Assembly (NCBI GenBank): GCA_963783385.1
Contig: CAWANJ010000009.1
Coordinates: 832,001 to 896,000, forward strand
Source of the DNA: an uncultured Gemmatimonadales bacterium
GTDB taxonomy: Bacteria > Gemmatimonadota > Gemmatimonadetes > Palauibacterales > Palauibacteraceae
Reading direction: 5' to 3'
Length of the DNA stretch: 64,000 nt
Numbering within the stretch: position 1 is the stretch's first letter; each line of letters starts with the position of its first letter. The position numbers were made by a program, and so were the translations under genes. Positions 40,963 to 49,839 of the stretch are shown here, piece after piece. The notes beneath the pieces are model-generated. The model was given only the letters and a program-made list of their open reading frames with translations, made no database searches and was not told where the DNA came from.

Positions 40963-41601
40963 ATGGCGACCGACATCGTGCTGACGCAAGACGAGGTGCA
41001 GCTCATCGGCCAGGTCTCGGGCCGGTCCAAGGAGGACGCCGAGGACACGTTCAAGCTCGATACCGTCCACGGGAACCTCCGCCTCGGAAGGGGACAGCAG
41101 GATGGCGACGTGTTCCTGGACGACGGAGAGGGCAAGAGGCGCGTGCACCTGTCGGCAGGTGAGCAGAGCCGGGACGCCAGCGTCCGTGTTCTGGTGGACG
41201 GCAGTCTCGGCAACGTGACCTTGGGCGGGGACGACGCCGACGGCGACCTCGTGATGCTCGACGGTCACGGCACGGCGACCGTCCATATCACGGCGGGCGG
41301 CGGTCCCATCCAGAGCACAGCCCGGGTCCTCCTGGACGCGGAACACGGGGTCTTCGTTCTGCGGAATCACGAAAACGACGTGATCCTGGATGTCCGCGGC
41401 AACGCGCTCAAAGTGACCACGACCGGCGGCATGGTCGTACAGGCCGGGCACACATCGACCTTCCTCGGGCCCAACGGGGCCATGGTCGTTGGCGGTGGGA
41501 AGCGGGTGGAGATCACGCCCGGAGACGTGAAGGTCCACACGGGCGACAAAACCATCTCCCTGACCGACCTCGAGGAGCGAGTCGCGGCCCTCGAAGGCTG
41601 A
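40963..41601 (+). CDS. Hypothetical beta-rich repeat protein with C-terminal coiled coil
   Basis: Two repeats of GN.xLG...DGD...DG.G...VH..AG.....RVL.D; ends LEERVAALEG. Confidence 0.6.
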   Translation: MATDIVLTQDEVQLIGQVSGRSKEDAEDTFKLDTVHGNLRLGRGQQDGDVFLDDGEGKRRVHLSAGEQSRDASVRVLVDGSLGNVTLGGDDADGDLVMLDGHGTATVHITAGGGPIQSTARVLLDAEHGVFVLRNHENDVILDVRGNALKVTTTGGMVVQAGHTSTFLGPNGAMVVGGGKRVEITPGDVKVHTGDKTISLTDLEERVAALEG

Positions 41602-41661
41602 GGGGCTCGGCCACCTTCCCCAGATCCCGACGCTCGCCTCACTTCTCGAAGGAGACCGTCC

Positions 41662-43311
41662 GTGCGAATCGTGGCCATTGGGGACTCCGTCGTGTGGGGA
41701 CAGGGGCTCCTCCACGAAGACAAGTTCGTCCGCATCGTAGCCGATCAGCTGGGCGGGGACCTCGAGGTTCCCGGGGACTTCCTGGCCCATTCCGGCGCGG
41801 TGATCGGACCGGCGGACCCCGACGGCTGCCAGGGGGTGGACGCCCGGATCACGGATTTCACGGCGCGCGGGGAGGTGCCCTGTGACGCACCGACCGTCGT
41901 CAAACAGCTGGCGGACGTCACGGACCCGGAGAGCGTGGACCTGCTCATCCTGGACGGAGGGGCCAACGACCTCGAGTCGGGCTTCTTCATGACCCTCGTG
42001 GACCCCCTCAAGACGCTCCCCGGGTTGGAGCGAAAGATGGGGCGTGCCTTCCTCGGGGTGCCGGCTCTCATCGCCAAGGCCCGAGCTCGATGCCCGAACG
42101 CCGTGATCGTCTACACGGGCTACTACGCCGGGGTCTCCCGGGAGACCGACACGCGCGCCATCGACAAGCTAGCTTTTCTCCAGTTCATGTCCAACAACGC
42201 GGTCACGGCGCTCGCCCTCGTCGCCGCACGGAACTCGATCGTCATCAACAACCTGTTCTTCGGACACGACCAGCTCCGCCGGATCCGCAGGGCCGTGTCC
42301 GAAGCCATGTCGGACCCGGAGGTTCGGGGACCCGGCATCCTTTTCGCCCACCCCAGGTTCGCGTCCACGAACGCCCTTGGCGCCCGCGGAGGCGACGGGT
42401 GGGTCCAGCTGGTGCTGGGGACGTACATCGACGACGCCCAGTTCGACGTCCGCAAGGTAGCCTGCAGGATCCAATACGGTCCCGATGCGGATGCCCTCCT
42501 CGCGCAACTCGATAACGCGGCGCGGGACGGCCCGCCTCGTGCGGTCGGCCCCGAGCTCCTGGCCCTGCGGGAGGAGCTGCTGGGCGAGCCGTTCGAGCGA
42601 TTCACCTGCCAGATCGCGGGGAACTTCCATCCCACGGTGGAGGGGGCTCGGAAGGGCTACGCCAGGGCGGTCCTCGATGCGTTCCATTCGAATCAAACGA
42701 TCTCGGTCGGCGACCTGGCGCACGAGCTCGCACCGACCACCGGTTCGGTGCGACGAGGCCTGCGCCGGTACGGCCTCGATGGACTCGCCGATCAACAGGG
42801 CAACGTGAGCCTCCGAGACGTGAACCAGCACCTGGTGGCCGACGTGCTCATGGTGGCGGTCCAGACCGGTCACCGGGATGGTCCGTTCGGAGGCGGCGAA
42901 GGAACGGACCACGAGATCCACCTGGACCTGGGGCGCCGCTCCTGGCACCTGACGAGGGCGGCCGGGCGTAGTCGGCATCGACATCCCGTCAACGAGTTCC
43001 AGGCGAGCGAGGAGCCTCACCTGTTCACGGTGGATCCGTCATACGCTCCGGACGATGGAGCTGGGGAGGGCGAGCCCCTGAGGCTCTCGGACATCACCCG
43101 GGTCCGGATCCGAAAAGTGGTGGATCAGCCCGCCGTGTCACCCGACCTCTTCCTGGGCAACGTCATGCTCACTCTGAACGAGCGCGTCGTCATCTACGAC
43201 GCCAGCGGAGGCTCGGGCTCCGCCGACGCCATCGACAAGGCGCTGACGCATGACGATCCCACGTGGACCTCGGGCGAGCAGGATACTCCCTTGTATCCGC
43301 TTCCCGAGTAG
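41662..43311 (+). CDS. SGNH/GDSL hydrolase with putative C-terminal PLAT/LH2-like domain
   Basis: GDSVVWGQG, AHSGA, DGGAND, FHP; V.VQTG...GTD..I.L and NEFQ...F in the tail. Confidence 0.75.
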   Translation: MRIVAIGDSVVWGQGLLHEDKFVRIVADQLGGDLEVPGDFLAHSGAVIGPADPDGCQGVDARITDFTARGEVPCDAPTVVKQLADVTDPESVDLLILDGGANDLESGFFMTLVDPLKTLPGLERKMGRAFLGVPALIAKARARCPNAVIVYTGYYAGVSRETDTRAIDKLAFLQFMSNNAVTALALVAARNSIVINNLFFGHDQLRRIRRAVSEAMSDPEVRGPGILFAHPRFASTNALGARGGDGWVQLVLGTYIDDAQFDVRKVACRIQYGPDADALLAQLDNAARDGPPRAVGPELLALREELLGEPFERFTCQIAGNFHPTVEGARKGYARAVLDAFHSNQTISVGDLAHELAPTTGSVRRGLRRYGLDGLADQQGNVSLRDVNQHLVADVLMVAVQTGHRDGPFGGGEGTDHEIHLDLGRRSWHLTRAAGRSRHRHPVNEFQASEEPHLFTVDPSYAPDDGAGEGEPLRLSDITRVRIRKVVDQPAVSPDLFLGNVMLTLNERVVIYDASGGSGSADAIDKALTHDDPTWTSGEQDTPLYPLPE

Positions 43312-43336
43312 CCGACCGATATAGCCGGGAGGCGAG

Positions 43337-43714
43337 ATGGCCAAGCAAACAGCCAGGGTGGGCGGCGTGCGGGTCGTGTTCCGGACCTTCGACCTGAACC
43401 TGGGCGTCTTCCGGCGCATGGGGTGTAGCGTTCACCTCAAGGGGGGGCGCCGGACGACCGGCGACATCCACCTTGTGAACACGTACTACGCATCGGTGGA
43501 CGGGGTCACCCTGGACGTGGCGACGGTCGAGAAGGAGCGCCGGGGCGTGAAGCACTGTTCCCTCGCCGACTTCTGGGTCGGTCTCTCGGCCACGGTCGAC
43601 ACGGGAGGTGACGTGTCTCCCGGCTCCGCTCCACAGGCGTCCGTGGACGGAGTCAGGACCGCCGCCATGGTCGTCGTGAACGGTGAGAGCCACAGGTTCA
43701 CGGGAGAGACCTGA
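43337..43714 (+). CDS. Hypothetical protein
   Basis: GGAGG RBS; co-oriented directly after the SGNH gene. Confidence 0.55.
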   Translation: MAKQTARVGGVRVVFRTFDLNLGVFRRMGCSVHLKGGRRTTGDIHLVNTYYASVDGVTLDVATVEKERRGVKHCSLADFWVGLSATVDTGGDVSPGSAPQASVDGVRTAAMVVVNGESHRFTGET

Positions 43715-43847
43715 CCGGAATCCGGGCGTCCCTTACGGCTCCGGGCACCCTCACGGATGACCCCGGCAACCCGCACCTCCCTGACCGGGCAGCCGATCCA
43801 TCCCCGGCGGCGCGGCTCGCGATCACGACCACCATGCAGGAGGCGCC

Positions 43848-44883
43848 GTGACGTCCACGCTAGCGGAGGCGCTCCACGACATCGGCCTCGCGCCGCCCTT
43901 CAGCTGGCGCAGGACCATCACCGGCCCGCGCCCCCGCCGTCTGAGTGAGCTCATCGCCGCATGCCGCCCGCCGCGCATGGCCGATTGGACCAATCCCACC
44001 AGGTCTCGGGTCGAGAACCAGGACTACACCGAGGAAGCCAACGGTATGGTCACGGACGGATCGGCCTGGTATGTCACGAGCAACGCTGATGATCGGCGAG
44101 AGGGACTGTACAAGCTGAGTTCTGGGTTTCGACGTGCTCGGCAGGCTCGCCGCGCCGCTCGATCCGGACGATACCCATTCGGGTTCCCTGTGTGTCCGCG
44201 ACGGGCTGCTCTACGTGCCCTGCCAGCGACGCTACGGCATCTGGGTCGTCTCTTCGGATCTCCAGTCCAGCACCTTCCTAGCCATCGACCAGCTCCCCGA
44301 CGGTGACCTGTTCGCGTGGTGCGACATCCACCCCGCCAACGGGCTGATCTACACCTGCAATTTTTCCAACCCCACGCAAATGCGGGCCTACGAGATCGCC
44401 AGCACGCAGGCGGTCTACCGCCCGGAGCAAGATATCCCGATCCTCCAGCCCGGAGACGGAAAACGCACCGACCAGGTACAGTCGGCGTGCTTCACTTCGC
44501 ATCACAGGTGGTTCGCCGTCTGCGACGTCGATGGTGCCGAGCGCATCCACTGTCACACGACCCTCACCGGACGGTTCCTGGATCGCCGTACCCTGCGCGC
44601 CAGCGCCGACGAGGACACCTGGCCTCATAGTCAACCTGAGGGCCGCTGGCCACGTAACGAGCTCGAGGGCATTCGGATTCACCCACTCCAGACCACCGAC
44701 GGAACGCCCGTGGAAGTGCATGTCCTGGAGCTCAACAACGAAGTGGGCTCGCCGGACGACATCTACCTCTGGCACTTCTCCGCGCCGGACCCTTCCGCGC
44801 TGTGGGCGGCGCATTCTCAGGCCCACGGGATCATTTTCTCGAACCTGGCTCGACCCGTCGTCCGCTTGGGCCTGCTGGCGTAG
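43848..44883 (+). CDS. Hypothetical protein, possibly a beta-propeller (apparent frameshift ~44130)
   Basis: AGGAGG RBS; ORFs 43848 and 44134 join if one T in GGGTTTCGAC is removed. Confidence 0.5.
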
Positions 44884-45030
44884 GGGACCGGGACCGGCGG
44901 GCGATCGAGATTTCGACCCGCGCCTGGGCCAGGCCGAGGGCTCGGACGCGTGGCCCTTCCTCCTCGGCGACGTCGAGCGCACAGTGCGGCGCATGCCTCT
45001 CTGGAAGCTCCAGACCGTGGGGAGCCGGAA

Positions 45031-45079
45031 GCTCGCCTCCACAGTCGTCGGTCATGGCGGCACCGAACCACAAGTCGCT
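45031..45079 (+). repeat. 49-bp perfect direct repeat, copy 2
   Basis: Identical to 35536-35584. Confidence 0.95.
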
Positions 45080-45354
45080 GGGCGGAGGGGAGCGATGGTT
45101 CGGAACCGCTTTCGCGGTCGAGACCCGCCGGGTCGCCGTACGGGCCGACGCGAGCACGGGACGTGGTGACCTAACGTGAGCTCGCGCCGATGCCGCTGCG
45201 GACGTTCGCCCCTGACGCCGGGGGAGGATCCGATCCGGAACCTGGGCACCCTGAGCCATAAGGTGGCGATCCTGGCGCAGACGCCGGTCCTCCTCATCTG
45301 AGCGGGTATGAGAAGTGCGGGGTGTGGAGAGCATCCACGGAGAGGAGGAAAGCG

Positions 45355-45720
45355 ATGGTGAGGAACGGCTTTCGCAGTCGAGACCGGTCCAAAGCGCGGA
45401 TCGGACTCCTGCTGGTGGCGGTCGCGGCGCTCGGGGCCTGCAGTTCGACCACCCAGATCGGAGACCTGCTGGCCGATCCGGGGCGATACGATGGGCGCAA
45501 GGTCCGGGTCGAGGGGGAGGTGGGCTCCTCGGTCGGGCTCCTGGGTCACGGGGCCTACCAGATCGACGACGGGACCGGCTCGCTCCCGGTGGTGAGCAAG
45601 CAGTTCGGCGTGCCGGCCCAGAGGACGCATGTCACGGTGGAGGGGATCTTCCACGCCCTGTTCACGCTGGGGTCGCGCAGCGTGGCGATCCTGGAGCAGA
45701 CGCGCAGCGTCATCCCCTGA
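45355..45720 (+). CDS. Small OB-fold-like lipoprotein
   Basis: GAGGAGG RBS; lipobox LGAC; I.DLL.DP.RYDG.KV.VEG.V and Y.IDDGTG.L.VV. Confidence 0.7.
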   Translation: MVRNGFRSRDRSKARIGLLLVAVAALGACSSTTQIGDLLADPGRYDGRKVRVEGEVGSSVGLLGHGAYQIDDGTGSLPVVSKQFGVPAQRTHVTVEGIFHALFTLGSRSVAILEQTRSVIP

Positions 45721-45892
45721 CGACGCGACCGCTCTCCGGCCGGTCCCGCCGCCCGCTCGAGAGACTCGGGGCGTCTCGCGCGCCTTCCACTTCCGCCCGC
45801 GTGAGATACGTTTCCAGGTGGGTCCGGACGAGGCGGTGCAGGACCGTTCGTTCGGGGCGCCGGCGGCGGTACACGCCTGAACTCCCGGCCAT
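45710..45892 (-). pseudogene. N-terminal remnant of an IS91-type transposase
   Basis: VYRRRRPERTVLHRLVRTHLETYL resembles the start of IS91-family transposase zinc-binding domains; truncated after ~40 aa. Confidence 0.55.
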
Positions 45893-46076
45893 GCCACAGG
45901 GCTCTCGGGCCTCTGCCTGAACCTCCCCCCCGTGCGCGGCCGCGATCCACCCTGGTCCGGTCTATGCCGTCGAGGATGGCTGGAGGGCGCTGGCCCGCTG
46001 TCTGCCCCGGCATTCCGAAGGGAGCTCCGTCGCCACCAGCGCGGCCGGCCGGCGCCGCCAGTCGTTGCGGTGCAAG

Positions 46077-46160
46077 CGGAGGGGGTGGGATTCGAACCCA
46101 CATGGGGCTTTCGCCCCGCCGGTTTTCAAGACCGGTGCATTGCCGTTCTGCCACCCCTCC
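46077..46160 (-). tRNA. tRNA-Ser(TGA)
   Basis: GGAGGGG acceptor stem, anticodon arm CCGGT-CTTGAAA-ACCGG, long variable arm GGGGC-GAAA-GCCCC, GGTTCGAATCC; CCA not encoded. Confidence 0.95.
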
Positions 46161-46636
46161 GGCACGGCCAAGCTAACGCGGTTCGTCCGGGCTTCCCACC
46201 GGTCGGCGGTGCGGGAACGTGACATCCGCCCGACACCATGCGCTGCGCCCGGCCAACACGGCCGACCTTTTGTTGAAACTATTAGATGCTAGAAATTATA
46301 TAACGAATTATATTAGAACCACTTACAGATGTCGCACAGCTGGCATTCTCCATGCATCTCTGTCCGTTTCGACATGACAACCGACAGGACGTTCTCCAGC
46401 CTCCCCTGGACGGGCCGTCTCCGCGCTTCGGTCGCAGGGACGGCCTCCGGGCAGCAGACGCGCGGAGGGCGTCCTCCGAGGTCGTCCGCGCGTCCCCCCT
46501 CCGCTTCTCCCCGCTCCGTGCACCAGCCGCATGACGCCTCCATTCCCCGTTCCGCGTCCGTCGCAGGAGCGACACGAAGGGCGCGCCGATCCCGCGCGGG
46601 CCGGCGCGCGATCTCCCCAGAAAGGACAGCTCGGAC

Positions 46637-47425
46637 ATGAACCCTCAGGCGCAGCATAGAGCGGACTCGGCCGCACCCTTCCCGTTCACCACCCGGCTAG
46701 CGCAGATGGTCCGCCGGGTCGCACGACGGATCAGCCCCGACGGAAGACCGGACCGACGCCTGGACGCGCCCGAGTGGTGGGACCGGATCTACCGGAATCG
46801 GGGACCGTTCGCCGCCTCGGGGCACTACGGGGCACCGGAGGACCTCAACGCACAAGGCTTCTCCGACCGCTGGAGGACGCTGAGAGACGTGATCGAGGCG
46901 CACACCGCGCCGGGCCATCGTCTTCTCGAAGTGGGCTGTGGCAACGGGCGCATGACCCGCGAGCTACTCGCCATGGGGTTCGACGTGACCGCCTTCGACG
47001 TCTCGGACGAGGCCCTCCGCCTGGCCCGTAGCTACGTCGGTGCGACCGCGCCCTGCCGGTGGCTGCGGTCCTCGGCCACCACGTTCGACTCGGAGATCCG
47101 GTTCGATGCCGTGCTGTGTGCGGGCGTGCTATGCGCTGTCGTCGACGACGACGAGCACGCGCGCGCCGTGGCCAATCTCGTCCGCCACGTTGCCCCGGGG
47201 GGTCGCTTCATCCTCGAGGAGATCATGATTCCCCTGGTCGATGTGGCCGACCATCCTTACCAGCCGGGCTCCCGCATCCGGCTGCGGACCCAGGAAGCCT
47301 ACGAAGCCCTGCTGGAGGAGGCCGGCTACCGTGCTCTCGACGTCGTCTACCACGTGAATCCGGTTTTCCACCAGACCTGGACCCTCATGGTGTTCGCGCG
47401 AGACGGAGTCGAGCTCGTCGACTAG
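46637..47425 (+). CDS. Class I SAM-dependent methyltransferase
   Basis: LLEVGCGNG, FDVS..AL..A, FDAV, APGG. Confidence 0.88.
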   Translation: MNPQAQHRADSAAPFPFTTRLAQMVRRVARRISPDGRPDRRLDAPEWWDRIYRNRGPFAASGHYGAPEDLNAQGFSDRWRTLRDVIEAHTAPGHRLLEVGCGNGRMTRELLAMGFDVTAFDVSDEALRLARSYVGATAPCRWLRSSATTFDSEIRFDAVLCAGVLCAVVDDDEHARAVANLVRHVAPGGRFILEEIMIPLVDVADHPYQPGSRIRLRTQEAYEALLEEAGYRALDVVYHVNPVFHQTWTLMVFARDGVELVD

Positions 47426-47477
47426 GGCGGCACGGACCCCGTGGCGCTCCGGGGCGCCACGACCTACCCTGCCCGAC

Positions 47478-48731
47478 ATGCCGCAGGAACCGTCCTCCCG
47501 TCCCTCGCTCCGCGAAACGCTCTCCGGGAACCCCCTCGGCCTGGGGATCACCTCCTTCTGGGCGGACGTGGCGGGAGAGATGATGTACCCGCTCCTTCCG
47601 GCGTTCCTCACGGTCGTGCTGGGCGCCAACGCGGCCTTCCTGGGCCTCGTGGAAGGCGTGGCGGAGAGCACGGCCAGCCTGCTCAAGCTGGGCGGCGGCT
47701 GGCTCTCGGACCGGCTGGGCGTCCGCAAGCCCCTGGCGGCGTGGGGCTACGGCATCGCGGCCGTAGCCCGGCCCCTCCTCGCCCTGGTGACGGCGCCCTG
47801 GCAGCTCCTCGTCGCCCGGGCCGCCGACCGTGCCGGCAAGGGGATCCGCGCCGCGCCGCGCGACGCTCTCCTCGCCGGGTCGGTGGACGCGGAGCGGAGG
47901 GGCGTGGCCTTCGGCTTCCAGCGGGCCATGGACAATGCGGGAGCCGTGGTGGGCCCTCTCGTGGCCGCCGGCCTCATGGCCCTGTGGGCCGGGGGCTACC
48001 GGCGCGTGTTCGCGCTCTCGGCGGTTCCGGGCGTGCTCTCGGTCCTGGCCGTCCTGCGCCTGACGCGGGAGGTCGGGCCAGGCGGGGCCGCGGCGGGCCT
48101 CGGACCCGAGGCGGTCGGCGGCGCGGAGCCCGAAGGTCCCGCCCTGCCCTCCCGCCCGCGCCTGTCGCTCACCGCGTTCGGCGAACCCTTCCGGGGCTAC
48201 CTGGGCGCCGTCTTCCTGTTCACCCTCGGCAACTCCTCGGATGCCTTCCTCCTGCTGCGGGCGGGACAGCTCGGCGTGGCCACCGCCGCCATCCCCCTCC
48301 TGTGGGCCGCGTTCAACCTCTCGAAGACCGTGTGGAACCTGCCCGGAGGCGCACTGTCGGACCGGCTCGGACCCCGGCGTTCGATCCTGCTCGGCTGGGG
48401 CCTGTACGCGCTCGTGTACGCGGGCTTCGCGCTCGCCGGCCATACGTGGCACGCCTGGGCGCTGTTTCTCGTGTACGGGCTGTTCTACGGGCTCACGGAG
48501 GCGCCGGAGCGGGCCTACGTGGCCCAGATGGCACCCGAGGAGCTCCGCAGCATGGCCTACGGCACCTTCCACTTCGCGGTCGGGCTCGCCGCCCTGCCCG
48601 CCAGCCTCCTGTTCGGGGCCGTGTGGGAGATGGTGAGCCCCTCCGCGGCGTTCCTGGTGGGGGCGGGGCTCGGGGTGGCCGCGGCGATCCTCCTGACCCT
48701 GCTCACGCCGTCGCGGCCGGCACCCGCCTAG
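47478..48731 (+). CDS. MFS transporter
   Basis: About 12 hydrophobic helices, GWLSDRLG.RK, DR.GKGIR.APRDAL. Confidence 0.92.
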   Translation: MPQEPSSRPSLRETLSGNPLGLGITSFWADVAGEMMYPLLPAFLTVVLGANAAFLGLVEGVAESTASLLKLGGGWLSDRLGVRKPLAAWGYGIAAVARPLLALVTAPWQLLVARAADRAGKGIRAAPRDALLAGSVDAERRGVAFGFQRAMDNAGAVVGPLVAAGLMALWAGGYRRVFALSAVPGVLSVLAVLRLTREVGPGGAAAGLGPEAVGGAEPEGPALPSRPRLSLTAFGEPFRGYLGAVFLFTLGNSSDAFLLLRAGQLGVATAAIPLLWAAFNLSKTVWNLPGGALSDRLGPRRSILLGWGLYALVYAGFALAGHTWHAWALFLVYGLFYGLTEAPERAYVAQMAPEELRSMAYGTFHFAVGLAALPASLLFGAVWEMVSPSAAFLVGAGLGVAAAILLTLLTPSRPAPA

Positions 48732-48812
48732 CGCCGCGGCGCGGGGCGGGTGCCGGAACCCCGGACCGGGGCGCGCCGGGAGGGAGGCCGACGGCTCCCG
48801 GAAACGGCGGCC

Positions 48813-49637
48813 CTACCGCCCCGGAGAGTCTCCGATCCGCGACCAGCGCACGGACGTGACGACCGGGAGGGGCCGGGGCGAGGAGGTGTCGTAGGACCAG
48901 TACAGGAAGGCCAGCTTCCCCTCGAACCGCGAGCGATCCAGGAAGCCCCAGAAGCGCGAGTCGAGGCTGTGCTCGCGGTTGTCCCCCATGACGAAGTACT
49001 GGTGCGGCGGCACCACGATCGGTCCCCAGTTCTCCAGCGTGGGGCGGTAGGTCTTCCGGTCCACGCCGGGAGCCAGGAACCGATACTGCCACACCATCCA
49101 CGGGTGGGTCTGGTCGGCCACCGTCGAGTCGCGCACCACGTACGGCTCGACCTGCGGCTTGCCGTCTCGGATGAGGGTGCCGTCGCGCATGGCCAGCGTG
49201 TCGCCCGGCACCCCGATGACGCGCTTGACCACGTCCACGTCCGGCTCCCAGGCGGGCCGGAAGATGGCGATCTCGCCCCGCCGCGGGTCCTGGTAGCCCG
49301 GCAGCCGGGCGTGCGTCCCGGGAATGGGCGCCCCGTAGGCGACCTTGTTCACCATGAGGACGTCGCCCACCAGGAGCGTGTTCTCCATGGAGCCCGAGGA
49401 GATGTAGAAGCTCTGCAGGAGGAAGGTCCGGACGACCAGGAACAGCACGATCGCGAACAGGATCGTCTTCGTCCACTCCCACAGGGCGCTGGTGCGCGCG
49501 GGCGGAGCGCCGGCCGCCGGGCCACCCTTCGGCGACCTGTCGCCGGCCCCGGGCGAGGCCGCGCCTCCCCGGGACGATCCCTTCCGGCCGGATCCGCCCT
49601 CCGGTCCGCTCGACTTCGACTTTCGCTTCCTGGCCAT
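48813..49637 (-). CDS. lepB: Signal peptidase I
   Basis: SGSMENTL, VKRVIGVPGD, GDNREHSLDSRFWG. Confidence 0.95.
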   Translation of the reverse strand: MARKRKSKSSGPEGGSGRKGSSRGGAASPGAGDRSPKGGPAAGAPPARTSALWEWTKTILFAIVLFLVVRTFLLQSFYISSGSMENTLLVGDVLMVNKVAYGAPIPGTHARLPGYQDPRRGEIAIFRPAWEPDVDVVKRVIGVPGDTLAMRDGTLIRDGKPQVEPYVVRDSTVADQTHPWMVWQYRFLAPGVDRKTYRPTLENWGPIVVPPHQYFVMGDNREHSLDSRFWGFLDRSRFEGKLAFLYWSYDTSSPRPLPVVTSVRWSRIGDSPGR

Positions 49638-49839
49638 CGGCCCCCGTCGGAATGGATGGTCGGACGCCTCCGAGGATAGGGGTACGGCGCCCGCGGGGCC
49701 ACACCGGCATCCCGGCCTCCCGGGGTTTCGCGGCCGCCTCGGGCGCCGCTAGCTTTCGGCGGCCGTCACGGCGGCCTCGGTGAGAGCCCCCGGCGTCCAC
49801 CGACGCGCTTCCCTGGGAACCCGTACCCGGAGTGAGCCC

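Larger units (their letters stand above)
35314..46102. mobile_element. Decayed genomic island at the tRNA-Ser 3' end; no integrase found
   Basis: Flanking tRNA duplication, multiple pseudogenes, transposase remnant, unrelated cargo genes. Confidence 0.7.
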
